This document shows positions 38,341 through 47,321 of a stretch of 50,400 nucleotides of DNA, one piece after another (position 1 is the stretch's first letter; each line of letters starts with the position of its first letter). The notes beneath the pieces were generated by a model, which saw only the letters and a list, made by a program, of their open reading frames with translations, searched no databases and had not been told where the DNA came from. This DNA is from a virus (lineage: Duplodnaviria > Caudoviricetes). The position numbers and the translations under genes are program-made. The DNA lies in the IMG/VR virus record IMGVR_UViG_3300007734_000718, positions 1-50,400 of that record; one strand, 5' to 3'.

Positions 38341-38400
38341 GTGTCATTTGGACACGGAAACGTGTCATTTGGACACGCGCCCCCTGTGTCATTGTGACAC
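38341..38400. repeat. Three tandem palindromes GTGTC-N5-GACAC
   Basis: GTGTCATTTGGACAC (38341, 38362) and GTGTCATTGTGACAC (38386). Confidence 0.85.
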
Positions 38401-38788
38401 AGCGCAGGGTCGTGGTGCGAACGCCGCGCGCTGGTGCTCGCTCTGTCCGTGCCGCGCTCTTGCTGATTCATCGCGCCGTCCGTGACACTCGCACCCGCGC
38501 GCGTTCATACGGTGGCGCTATGGTGGCGCTTGTGTCTCGCAGTCTCTCGCAGACTGCGTTCGCGGTGCTCGCAGACTCTTGCAGACTGGACAAGCTCTCG
38601 CAGACTGTGCGGCGCGCCGTGCGCTACTGGCGTGGAACGCGCGCGAGGCGGGGCGCAAACGGAGGGGGTTCTGGGAAAAAGTCCGGTTTGCGCGGGCGCC
38701 GGTAGTAATCAACCCCTCCCACGCCCCCCTTTCGCTTGGTACAAGACAAGACTAGTGTACAAGGCAACCAGTGACCCCGGAGGGCACG

Positions 38789-39247
38789 ATGGCGGAGACG
38801 TATAGCGCAGAACGCAAAGACGCGGTGCTAGAGGCCGTGTTGGCGGGAATGAGCGAGGGCAAGACGGTGTCGGATGTGGCGCGCAGGGAAAAGGTCAACG
38901 TCGGAACGGTGCGCCAGTGGATTGCCAACGATGAACAGATGTTTGCGCGGTATCAGCGGATGCGACCCCTTCTTGGGGCCAGTTTTGCCGAAGAAGCGGT
39001 CAGAATTGCGCGAGATTCGCAAAATGCGAATGTGCCGGTTGACCGGTTGTTGGTGGAAACGCTGAAGTGGGCGGCGGCAAAGAATGCGCCGTTGGACTAT
39101 GGCGAGAAGCAGACGGTGGAACACCAAGGCGCGCAGGAGTTGCGGGTGCGCGTGGTGGAGGAGGATGCGCCGATGCAGGTACGCGCAGGAGCCAGCGCCG
39201 TGGCGCTGTTGGCGGCAAACGTCGTAGAATCGCATTACACGCCCTAA
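38789..39247 (+). CDS. terS: Terminase small subunit
   Basis: GGAGG RBS. N-terminal HTH 'EGKTVSDVAR...TVRQWI' and 'RLLVETLKWAAAK.AP..YGEK' (Sf6 gp1-like); upstream of terL. Confidence 0.85.
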   Translation: MAETYSAERKDAVLEAVLAGMSEGKTVSDVARREKVNVGTVRQWIANDEQMFARYQRMRPLLGASFAEEAVRIARDSQNANVPVDRLLVETLKWAAAKNAPLDYGEKQTVEHQGAQELRVRVVEEDAPMQVRAGASAVALLAANVVESHYTP

Positions 39248-39419
39248 AAGTGCGAAAGGGTGTCAGGGGATGGGGAACGCCCTAAAACGCCCGCAGAACG
39301 GATACTGGCGCAATCCAGCCCTACAAAATCAATGGTCATCCCACCGCCCCAGCGCAGTATGGGCTGGGGTGGTGCCGCCGGAGGCGGAATGTGTACACAA
39401 AAATGCGACGGGGATGTTG

Positions 39420-39503
39420 TAGTTAGTAACTAGGAACTAGAAACTAGAGAACTGTTGTTCGTAAACGAGTTCACTAGGTACCTAGTACTCTTATTACCTA
39501 GGG
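39420..39503. repeat. CTAG-rich repeats and palindrome between terS and terL
   Basis: AACTAG x3 in tandem, ACTAGGTACCTAGT palindrome, six CTAG in ~75 bp. Confidence 0.65.
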
Positions 39504-39556
39504 GCTGACCTGCGGGGAGGGGGGGTAGCACAGCTATGCGACGGGGGGGGTCGCAT

Positions 39557-39565
39557 TGGTACAAT
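39557..39565 (+). promoter_or_regulatory. Extended -10-like element upstream of terL B
   Basis: TGGTACAAT about 40 bp before the ATG. Confidence 0.35.
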
Positions 39566-39604
39566 GCTACTTGCGGGGGGTGTACGGCACCGATAGGTTG
39601 GGGG

Positions 39605-40930
39605 ATGGCCCGTGGGAAGCCGACCAAGCCCGGAGCCGTGGAAGTTGTCCTCCACCGTTTGCATCCGGGTCAGCAAAAGATTGTTTCACACCCGGCGCGG
39701 TTCAAGGTCGTGATGTGTGGGCGTCGCTTCGGCAAGACCGCGCTGGGTATTCGATGCGCGTGTGATACGGCGATTGCGGGCAAGTTAGTCGGCTGGTTTT
39801 CGCCTACGCACAAATACGCGCTGGAAGTGTGGCGCGAATTGCTCAATCGGCTTGCGCCAATTATTGCCAACAAAAGCGAGCAAGACAAACGCATTGAGTT
39901 AGTCACGGGCGGCGTCATTGAAATTTGGACGTTTGACACGGATGACCCGGCGCGTGGACGCAAATACCATCGCGTTATTGTAGACGAAGCCGGGCTAGTG
40001 CCTGAACTAGAGCGCGTCTGGCAATCGGCTATCCGATTGACGCTCGTGGATTACCAAGGCGATACGTTGTTTTTGGGGACTCCCAAAGGGCGTCAGCACG
40101 GGTTTGTGTTGTTGTTTGCCAAAGGGCAAAGCGGCAATGCCGATTGGATGAGTTTTCGCGCCTCCACACGCGATAACCCGTACATCCCGTTGAGCGAGAT
40201 TGAAGAAGCGCGCAAAGATATGCCTGCCGCGATTTTTGCTCAAGAGATTGAGGGCATTCCCGCTGACGATGGGGGCAACCCGTTTGGGCAAACGGCGATT
40301 GCGGAATGCACCAAATCCAAAATGCCGGATGCCGATGACCCCGACCATATGCCGGTGGTGTGGGGGTGGGATTTAGCGCGCGCGCAAGATTGGACGGTGG
40401 GCATTGCGCTGGATATGGCGGGCAACGTCGTGCGCGTCGAACGGTGGCAACTGCTTCCGTGGAGCGACACGGTCAAAAAGATTAGCCAATGCACGGGCGA
40501 CACCCCAGCGTGGGGCGACGCGACGGGCGTGGGCGACCCCATTATTGAGCGGTTACAGGAATTTGGGGTGCCAATTGAGGGATTTACGTTTGGCAGTAAA
40601 TCCAAACAAGCGTTGATGGAACGGCTGGCAAGCGTCATCCAGCACAAGGAAATCACGTTTCCGATGGGCGTGATTGCCGCTGAACTGGAGACGTTTACGT
40701 ACCAGTACACGGCAACCGGGGTGCGGTACACGGCTCCCAGCGGATTGCACGATGATGCGGTGATGGCGCTGGGGCTGGCGGTGTATGGGTATGACCGGGT
40801 GCGCCCAATGATGCAAGCCCTGCCAATGCGCCCCCGCTTGACAGGTGACCCCAACCGAGTAGAAGATTACTATGGGGAAAACGGCGGTCACGTCGAAGGG
40901 TTCGACGCGCAGTTGCCGTCGCAGTGGTAA
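39605..40930 (+). CDS. terL: Terminase large subunit B (complete)
   Basis: Q motif 'LHPGQ', Walker A 'CGRRFGKT', Walker B 'VIVDEAG', 'GTPKG', nuclease 'GWDLARAQDWT' and 'HDDAVMALGLA'. Confidence 0.92.
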   Translation: MARGKPTKPGAVEVVLHRLHPGQQKIVSHPARFKVVMCGRRFGKTALGIRCACDTAIAGKLVGWFSPTHKYALEVWRELLNRLAPIIANKSEQDKRIELVTGGVIEIWTFDTDDPARGRKYHRVIVDEAGLVPELERVWQSAIRLTLVDYQGDTLFLGTPKGRQHGFVLLFAKGQSGNADWMSFRASTRDNPYIPLSEIEEARKDMPAAIFAQEIEGIPADDGGNPFGQTAIAECTKSKMPDADDPDHMPVVWGWDLARAQDWTVGIALDMAGNVVRVERWQLLPWSDTVKKISQCTGDTPAWGDATGVGDPIIERLQEFGVPIEGFTFGSKSKQALMERLASVIQHKEITFPMGVIAAELETFTYQYTATGVRYTAPSGLHDDAVMALGLAVYGYDRVRPMMQALPMRPRLTGDPNRVEDYYGENGGHVEGFDAQLPSQW

Positions 40931-40947
40931 CCCAACAGGAGATGGCA

Positions 40948-41325
40948 ATGCGGAAAATGGTGGGCAAGCGTCCAAGCCTGATGATTGCAATTGGGATGAA
41001 ACCCAAAAGCAATGCGTCGGAAACAGAAAAAAGCGACACTATGTCGGATGACAAAACGTCTGACGGCGACTGGTCAAAGCACACGGTGTTGTGCAAAGTG
41101 TGCGACACGACCATCGACACGGAGACCGGCGAACCGGTCGAAGATGCCAAGAATGAAAAAGATGCACAGGACGAAAGCAAAGACGAAGACGATACAATGT
41201 CTGCGCCAATTGACAAGGGCGAAAGTAGCTATCCGACGCCGGGCAAGTTCGGAGCCGCCGCTGATGCGGCGCGTGGCGAAGATGCCATCAGCCGCGCGCT
41301 AGAAATGCTGGGAGGCAAGCGATAA
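40948..41325 (+). CDS. Hypothetical acidic protein with CxxC
   Basis: AGGAG RBS; coupled to the next gene. Confidence 0.6.
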   Translation: MRKMVGKRPSLMIAIGMKPKSNASETEKSDTMSDDKTSDGDWSKHTVLCKVCDTTIDTETGEPVEDAKNEKDAQDESKDEDDTMSAPIDKGESSYPTPGKFGAAADAARGEDAISRALEMLGGKR

Positions 41326-41699
41326 TGAATATCAATCAGATTGGCCTTGGCCCAACGACGTGGAGTGTCATTGCCACTGCGACCAACGCGACGGCAACGG
41401 CAACTAAAGCGGGCGTTACCATTACCAACACCGTGCCCGCACAACGGCACGTCATTACGGGATTTACGTTTTCAGGAAGCACAGGCGCGTACACGGGCAG
41501 TCCAACGCTAACGGTCAACAATGGCGCAACCGCCATTTACACGTTTCAGTTGGACAGCACCAGCCACGCCCCTATCAATGTCGAACTCGCCAATCCGTTT
41601 GTGTGCGCGCAAGGCGCGGCGTGTTCGATTGTAGCCACCGCGCTGGGGTCGGGATTATTGGCGACGGTGTGCATTCGTGGAATGACGGTCAGCGACTAA
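41325..41699 (+). CDS. Putative beta-rich virion protein, paralog of 2215-2622
   Basis: See 2215-2622; GGAGG RBS. Confidence 0.7.
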   Translation: MNINQIGLGPTTWSVIATATNATATATKAGVTITNTVPAQRHVITGFTFSGSTGAYTGSPTLTVNNGATAIYTFQLDSTSHAPINVELANPFVCAQGAACSIVATALGSGLLATVCIRGMTVSD

Positions 41700-41714
41700 T
41701 TTTTGAGGAGATTT

Positions 41715-41966
41715 ATGGAACTCGTACAGGATGCCCCGCAGGTAGACACGTCCGCCACCAAAACGGACTTCGTACTGACGGCGACAGAATCTGCGTTTGT
41801 CAAAATGGTGTTTGAAGAATTTCAGGCGTTGGTAGCGCAAGCGGAAAAGCACCGCAATGCGCGATTGACGCCGTTGCTTGAGGAGCATAAAACGGTGGGG
41901 CAGGTGACCTTTGCCGAAAATGCCGACAAGCGCGTGGTAATGACCGACACGGTGGAAACAAAGTAA
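41715..41966 (+). CDS. Hypothetical protein
   Basis: GAGGAG RBS. Confidence 0.65.
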   Translation: MELVQDAPQVDTSATKTDFVLTATESAFVKMVFEEFQALVAQAEKHRNARLTPLLEEHKTVGQVTFAENADKRVVMTDTVETK

Positions 41967-42334
41967 TGGCACATCACGTCGTCGAGTTTGTGTCTGTGCT
42001 GTTCAACAGCCGTCAACAGGCACATATCTTTCACTTGCAAACGCGGTCGTTTGCTAAGCATAAGGCGCTCGGCGCGTTTTACGAAAGCATTGCAAACTTG
42101 GCAGACAATTATGTGGAAGCCTATCAAGGAACGCACGGCATTGTCACGGGATACACGCCAATGCCGTCGTTTTTTGAGGAGGAGTCTGAGGTGTTGCCAT
42201 ATTTTGATAAACTGGAACAGTATATTACGGCGGTGCAAGACCAGTTGCCAAAGCAAACGGATTTGCAGAATATCGTGGCAGACGTGTTGCATTTGATTCA
42301 TTCCACGCAGTACAAACTCACACACTTGCAATGA
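41966..42334 (+). CDS. Ferritin/Dps-like four-helix protein
   Basis: 'HIFHLQT.SFAKHKALGAFYE....D.YVEAYQG...YKL' is the pattern of phage Dps/ferritin-like proteins. Confidence 0.7.
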   Translation: MAHHVVEFVSVLFNSRQQAHIFHLQTRSFAKHKALGAFYESIANLADNYVEAYQGTHGIVTGYTPMPSFFEEESEVLPYFDKLEQYITAVQDQLPKQTDLQNIVADVLHLIHSTQYKLTHLQ

Positions 42335-43593
42335 CCGCACATTTGTTGTCCGACGCTGAAGACATCGCATTGACGGCGATGCAGGAAGCGCACGACACAA
42401 AACAGTGGATACCGTTGCTTGATGTCGGGGATGCGTGGATTGCTGACAAAGGCGAAATGCCCGCGATTGCCGCAACGCTGTATGCAGAAGGTTTGATGGT
42501 GGCGGGGCGCGTAGAAGAAGCTGTAGTGTGGGCGGGGCGAGCGGTCAAAGCGATTCCCAAAGATTTTACGGTCGCAAAAATTGCCGCCCTGACCACCTAT
42601 GGTCGCGCGTTGGCGCGCGCAGGGGATTTTACTCGCGCACGAATGGCGTTAGCAAAATCGGCGTGTATGCACACGGACAATCCAGAAACGCAAGAAAAGC
42701 AGGGACACATCTTGTGCGCGATTAGCGACAAATGGCGCAAGGGGTGGCAGTTGCAAGAATCGCGATTAGCGGAACCCAGCAAAGCGTTGCCGCCAAATAT
42801 GCGACAGTGGGACGGAAAAGAAAAAGTGCCCGTCAGTGTGTTGCACGAACAAGGCATTGGCGATGCGGTATTGTTTGCGCGATGGATTCCGTTGATTGCC
42901 AAACGCACGGGGCAACCCGTGACGTGGTATGGCCCCAGGATTTTGGAATCGTGGATGAGCGGAATTCCCGGCGTCACGGTTGGGGACATTGCCAGCGTTG
43001 AGCAATTAGACGATGCCGGTGCAGGCATCCGCGCAATGTCGTTGCCACATTATTTGCAGTGCAATAGCAAATACGACGTGCCAAATCCTGTTGCCCCTAC
43101 AATGTTGCACACCGTGCGCGACAACCGTGCGTCAAAAAAGACGTTTACCGTTGGCGTGTGTTGGAAAGGGTCAGCAAGCGGATGGCACGATTTTGAACGG
43201 TCGTATTCAACAGAACAATTTGCGCCGGTGTGGGCACCGTTGAATAACGTCACGTTTGTCAATTTGTCCCACGATGCCGACATTCCCGCCAGCGCGCCAT
43301 TTGCGCGGCAAAAGTTTGCCGACATTTATGAGGCAGGCGTTGCCGTTGCCAAGTGCGATATGGTGATTACCGTGGACACCAGCATTGTGCATATCGCCGG
43401 GTCGTTGGGTGTGCCAACTGTATGCTTGACACCAACTGTTGCCGATTGGCGCTTTGCGTGGCCCCACGGAGGCACGTCGCCATTTTATGCAAGCATAACG
43501 GCATTGCGTCGTCGCAACATTCGCGATGAGACGTTGCCCGTGGTTGCGCGGGGAATGCTGGAACAACTCTTGCCTGCATTGGTGCGTCAATGA
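42331..43593 (+). CDS. TPR + GT9-like glycosyltransferase
   Basis: 'EQGIGDAVLFARW', 'VGVCWKG', 'DMVITVDTSIVHIAGSLGVPT', 'DWR'. Confidence 0.85.
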   Translation: MTAHLLSDAEDIALTAMQEAHDTKQWIPLLDVGDAWIADKGEMPAIAATLYAEGLMVAGRVEEAVVWAGRAVKAIPKDFTVAKIAALTTYGRALARAGDFTRARMALAKSACMHTDNPETQEKQGHILCAISDKWRKGWQLQESRLAEPSKALPPNMRQWDGKEKVPVSVLHEQGIGDAVLFARWIPLIAKRTGQPVTWYGPRILESWMSGIPGVTVGDIASVEQLDDAGAGIRAMSLPHYLQCNSKYDVPNPVAPTMLHTVRDNRASKKTFTVGVCWKGSASGWHDFERSYSTEQFAPVWAPLNNVTFVNLSHDADIPASAPFARQKFADIYEAGVAVAKCDMVITVDTSIVHIAGSLGVPTVCLTPTVADWRFAWPHGGTSPFYASITALRRRNIRDETLPVVARGMLEQLLPALVRQ

Positions 43594-43859
43594 TACCGCA
43601 CATTATTTGGGCGCTCGTTGTGTTATACGCGATTGACCGCGCTGAAAGATTGTTGACGCGCCTTATCAATTTTCGCGACCCAACAGCAAGTGACCCAGAA
43701 GCCGTTGTTATTCCCAATGATTTGGAAGCGTTTGCTTTGCTAGAATCCGAGTTACACGCGCAAGAATCTGTGCGCGATGTTATCCGCGACCGCTACGCAG
43801 AGTTGCAAAACTGGAACCTTGTACGCCGGGCAATTGGCGTGGGAACAATTGACGAATGA
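43590..43859 (+). CDS. Predicted membrane-anchored protein, paralog of 2619-2981
   Basis: See 2619-2981. Confidence 0.65.
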   Translation: MIPHIIWALVVLYAIDRAERLLTRLINFRDPTASDPEAVVIPNDLEAFALLESELHAQESVRDVIRDRYAELQNWNLVRRAIGVGTIDE

Positions 43860-45061
43860 CAATTCCGGGACAAATGATTTCGCCAAAGGCGCTGGAACTT
43901 TTGCGGTTGTTGATGACAGCGGCAGAAAATCCCGCAGTGATGCAAAGTGCCCGTGGAATGGCAGAACACGAATTGCCGTGGGCTGGAGCGTTGTCAAATG
44001 GCAAAATGATGTTCAACGGAACACGCGAAACTGTTCCCGGATTGGGAACGGGCAAACTTGCCGATGCGTTGTTGTCTGCGTCACCAGAAATGCGTCAAGC
44101 ATATCACGATGCGGCGGGCGACGTTCCAACGTGGCAAGCCATTGGGCGTCAATCTGCGCCATCTTTACAGGGAACGGGAAGTTTTCAAAAAACGCCAAGT
44201 TCCCCGTGGGAAACAAATCCGCTTTCAATCAACCGCCCATTTGTTGAAACTGCGCTAACCAAACCCAATCTTCGTGCAAAAATTCCCGGCAATGAAATAA
44301 CGCTCAAGCAAGGGGAATTGCCGTTAGCAAAGAAAATGGAAGCATTGGCGGGATTTGCAGATATGCAAAATGGTGCCGCTGGGCACGTTATGTTGCCGGG
44401 CGGCGGCAGTGGATTTTCCGCATTGTCTCGCGGCACAACGCCCGATGAAATGAAAGCATTGCTCAACACTTATGCGCCAGCAGGATACTCTCCCGTTGAT
44501 ACGGGGAAAGGCGTTTCATTGATGAATTTTGGTGAAGATTCAGAAACGGCGTTGATGTCAAAATTGCCAAAGTTGAATGAACAAATGCAACAAATGATTC
44601 CAGACGCATCTGCAATTGTACCTACGCATTTTCAAAAAACCATTCCGCAGGGAATGGGATATTTTGATGCGGGAAAAGCAATTCCAGAATCGGCAGTGTA
44701 CACAGATTTTAGTCGAGAATTTTCTGAAGGTAATCAAGGGAATCGGTCAGCTTCAAGAAAATTGGCTGATATGTTTAGCGGCAAAGAAAGCAAAGATATT
44801 GTCAAAAAGCTCAATCAAAGCGATGCGTTGTCGCAGTCAATGCTTGACCGCAATGCACGGGATGAAGAATTTGCAGGCTTGCTTGGCGTAAAAAATCGCA
44901 AAGACATAACGCTTGTTCGCAAGATTATTGGCGAAGACGGATTCAAAGCATTTATGAAAGCCGTGCAAGATGGAAAGATTGCTTTGCCAGCGGCAACAGC
45001 TATGATTACTAAGGTTGTTGACCAATACGGCGGAAGCGAGGGAGTCGATACAAATGAGTAG
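43856..45061 (+). CDS. Hypothetical protein (401 aa, AT-richer) just before portal B
   Basis: Coupled overlaps on both sides; no counterpart before portal A. Confidence 0.65.
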   Translation: MTIPGQMISPKALELLRLLMTAAENPAVMQSARGMAEHELPWAGALSNGKMMFNGTRETVPGLGTGKLADALLSASPEMRQAYHDAAGDVPTWQAIGRQSAPSLQGTGSFQKTPSSPWETNPLSINRPFVETALTKPNLRAKIPGNEITLKQGELPLAKKMEALAGFADMQNGAAGHVMLPGGGSGFSALSRGTTPDEMKALLNTYAPAGYSPVDTGKGVSLMNFGEDSETALMSKLPKLNEQMQQMIPDASAIVPTHFQKTIPQGMGYFDAGKAIPESAVYTDFSREFSEGNQGNRSASRKLADMFSGKESKDIVKKLNQSDALSQSMLDRNARDEEFAGLLGVKNRKDITLVRKIIGEDGFKAFMKAVQDGKIALPAATAMITKVVDQYGGSEGVDTNE

Positions 45062-47282
45062 CCCGCTATCGTTTCCAATGGAAATGCCCGACATTGAAGG
45101 GCAAATTGAACAAATGGCGCGCGATGCGGCGCAACAGGTGTTGCAACCGGAACTGTCGCAAATGGCAGAACCCAGCAAGGCCAATGACATTGTTGCGCCG
45201 AATCCGCCCGATAACATTTCGTTGCCTGCTGATGACCAAGTTCACGCTTTAGCGCGCACGTTGTACGGGGCTGATTTTCCCCTGTTGCTTCCCGGACAAG
45301 AAGAAGAAGGACGGGCGTGGGCGTCGTGGGTACGGGGCCGTTGGGTTGCACACCGTGGAGCAGTTGAACGCCATTTGCATTTGGTGGAGCGCAATCGGTT
45401 GTTCCGCATTGGACAACAGTGGGTGTCGTCCCGTGGACGTGGCCCGTGGCGCGAACCGCTCAAACCCGTTGATACGGCGCGAGTGGTGTATAATATGGTG
45501 GACAAGTCGCTTGACCAGCGCCTCCAGATTATGAGCGACCAACGCCCCGGTTTCAAAGTTGAACCAACAACGGTTGACCCCGAAGAAAAGCGCAAGGCAG
45601 AAGCGCGGCAAATTGCGCTGGAATACCAGTACGATGAGCAAAATATGGACAACATCCGCCGCACCGCCGGATTTTGGGCGCAGACGGATGGCGTGTCGTT
45701 TTTGCACACGTATTGGGACGCCGAAAAAGGGCCGTGGGATTCGCGTATGGCGGATGGGCATATGCCATCAAAACCGTTGGGCGACCTTGCAACCAAGGTG
45801 TTGCGTGTCGAGCAAGTGCGCGTGTCGTCAAATGCGACATCTACGGATACGCCGTATTACGTCATTTCCCGTGAAGTGCTGTCTGCAACAGAAGCGGCGT
45901 GGCGGTATGGTGTGAGTGGTGCGTTGGCGTCGCACAATAGCGATGCAATTGTTGGCACCAGCGATTTGGCAACCGATGCGGGAATGAATCGTTGGGTGCT
46001 TGACCAGACCACGATTGGCGAAGGCGACCGTTTGCGAATGCAAGAAACGGTGGAACGGTTTACCATTTACGTAGACCGCCACCCGGACTTGTTGCCCAAC
46101 GGATTGCAAATTGTTATTGTGGGCGACACGATGGTCAGTGGCCCATTGCCATTGCTGTTTGGCGTGATTCCGGTGGTGCCGTTTCGGGACGGCTCGGCTG
46201 ACCCCTCGTATTACCCGCGCCCAATTATGGAACAATGGCTTGACCATCAAGTGCGTATCAACGCGCTGGTGTCCAAGTGGGTAGATTCGGTGCGCGTCAA
46301 CGCCGCAGGGCGATTCCTGACTCGCGCAGGCACGATTGTCACCGAAACCATTGTGGGTGGTGGCACGTCGTTGATGGAAGTCAATTCGGGCCGTGCGTTG
46401 GACGATATTATGCGTCCGGTGCCCGGATTTAGCGTTGGACAAGACTGCAAAGATTTGCTCAGCCTTGAAAAGAAAGCATTTGAAGACGCTTCTGGGTACA
46501 ATGACACGAGCCGGGGGCAGATTTCGGGCGATGCGTCGGGTCGCGCTATCCTTGCGGCGCGTGAACAACTCGAACGAGTGTTTGCACCGTGCGTTGGGGC
46601 GGCGGCAACGGCGTTGACGGCGTGGGCAAAGGTACAAGTTGCGGGAATGGCGTTCGGTTATGATGTGCCGCGCGACCTCGGCGCAGTGGGCAACAGCCGA
46701 CCCGACTTGGCACACGCTTTGACCCGCGATATGTTTGATGGGCCGGTGTCGTTGCGTGTGGAACCTGAAACATTGATGCCAATGCCTCGCGTGTATCGTC
46801 AGTTTTTGCTGGATTCGTGGCTTGACAAGGGCGTGATTACGCAACAGCAGTATTTGCGTCGTCAGCCTACGGCTATGATTTCGGATATGGACACGCCAGA
46901 CGAAGACCAGTCGGCGCGGGCAAAGCGTATCTGCGAAAGTCTGCGACTCAAACAACAACCGCCTGAAATGCGGTGGCAGGACAACGAAGCCATTCATCAA
47001 GACATCTTGGAACGCGAGATTATCCTGCGGGATGACCTTGACCCAACGATTGTGCAAGCGGCACAAGACCGCTGGGGGCAGTTGGCCCAGCAGTCGCAAA
47101 TGAAACAGGGGGGTGGGCCGCCGCAAGGCGGTACGCCTCTAATGCCCGAAGGAAACGGCGGGCCAAGTCCGTTCCAACCCTCCCCACAGGCACAACCTCT
47201 AGCGACGATGAATCCGTCTGCTGGTGGCGCACCGCCCCAGATGGTTCCAACGGGCGTTGGGCAACCACCGCAGATGGGCTAA
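45054..47282 (+). CDS. Portal protein B
   Basis: Paralog of portal A: ERNRLFR.GQQ, FWAQTDGVSF..YWDAE.GPW, EQVRVSS, SGRAILA.REQLERVFAP, V.PETL.P.P, WQDNE.I.Q. Confidence 0.88.
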   Translation: MSSPLSFPMEMPDIEGQIEQMARDAAQQVLQPELSQMAEPSKANDIVAPNPPDNISLPADDQVHALARTLYGADFPLLLPGQEEEGRAWASWVRGRWVAHRGAVERHLHLVERNRLFRIGQQWVSSRGRGPWREPLKPVDTARVVYNMVDKSLDQRLQIMSDQRPGFKVEPTTVDPEEKRKAEARQIALEYQYDEQNMDNIRRTAGFWAQTDGVSFLHTYWDAEKGPWDSRMADGHMPSKPLGDLATKVLRVEQVRVSSNATSTDTPYYVISREVLSATEAAWRYGVSGALASHNSDAIVGTSDLATDAGMNRWVLDQTTIGEGDRLRMQETVERFTIYVDRHPDLLPNGLQIVIVGDTMVSGPLPLLFGVIPVVPFRDGSADPSYYPRPIMEQWLDHQVRINALVSKWVDSVRVNAAGRFLTRAGTIVTETIVGGGTSLMEVNSGRALDDIMRPVPGFSVGQDCKDLLSLEKKAFEDASGYNDTSRGQISGDASGRAILAAREQLERVFAPCVGAAATALTAWAKVQVAGMAFGYDVPRDLGAVGNSRPDLAHALTRDMFDGPVSLRVEPETLMPMPRVYRQFLLDSWLDKGVITQQQYLRRQPTAMISDMDTPDEDQSARAKRICESLRLKQQPPEMRWQDNEAIHQDILEREIILRDDLDPTIVQAAQDRWGQLAQQSQMKQGGGPPQGGTPLMPEGNGGPSPFQPSPQAQPLATMNPSAGGAPPQMVPTGVGQPPQMG

Positions 47283-47321
47283 CCGCGCAATGAGTCTTCT
47301 GCCTCAGTTATGGAGTTTGCA

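Noticed and set aside
38341-38610. Short repeats as a mini-CRISPR array
   Set aside because: Repeats are 15 bp or less with 6-9 bp or irregular spacers, too short for CRISPR.
14657-38610. Regular ~6-kb periodicity of GCAGACT clusters
   Set aside because: Too few clusters, with irregular extra sites, to support this by eye.
38394-38805. ORFs 38394-38705 and 38482-38805
   Set aside because: No RBS, Arg-rich translation typical of non-coding GC-rich DNA, and they overlap the repeat/motif cluster.
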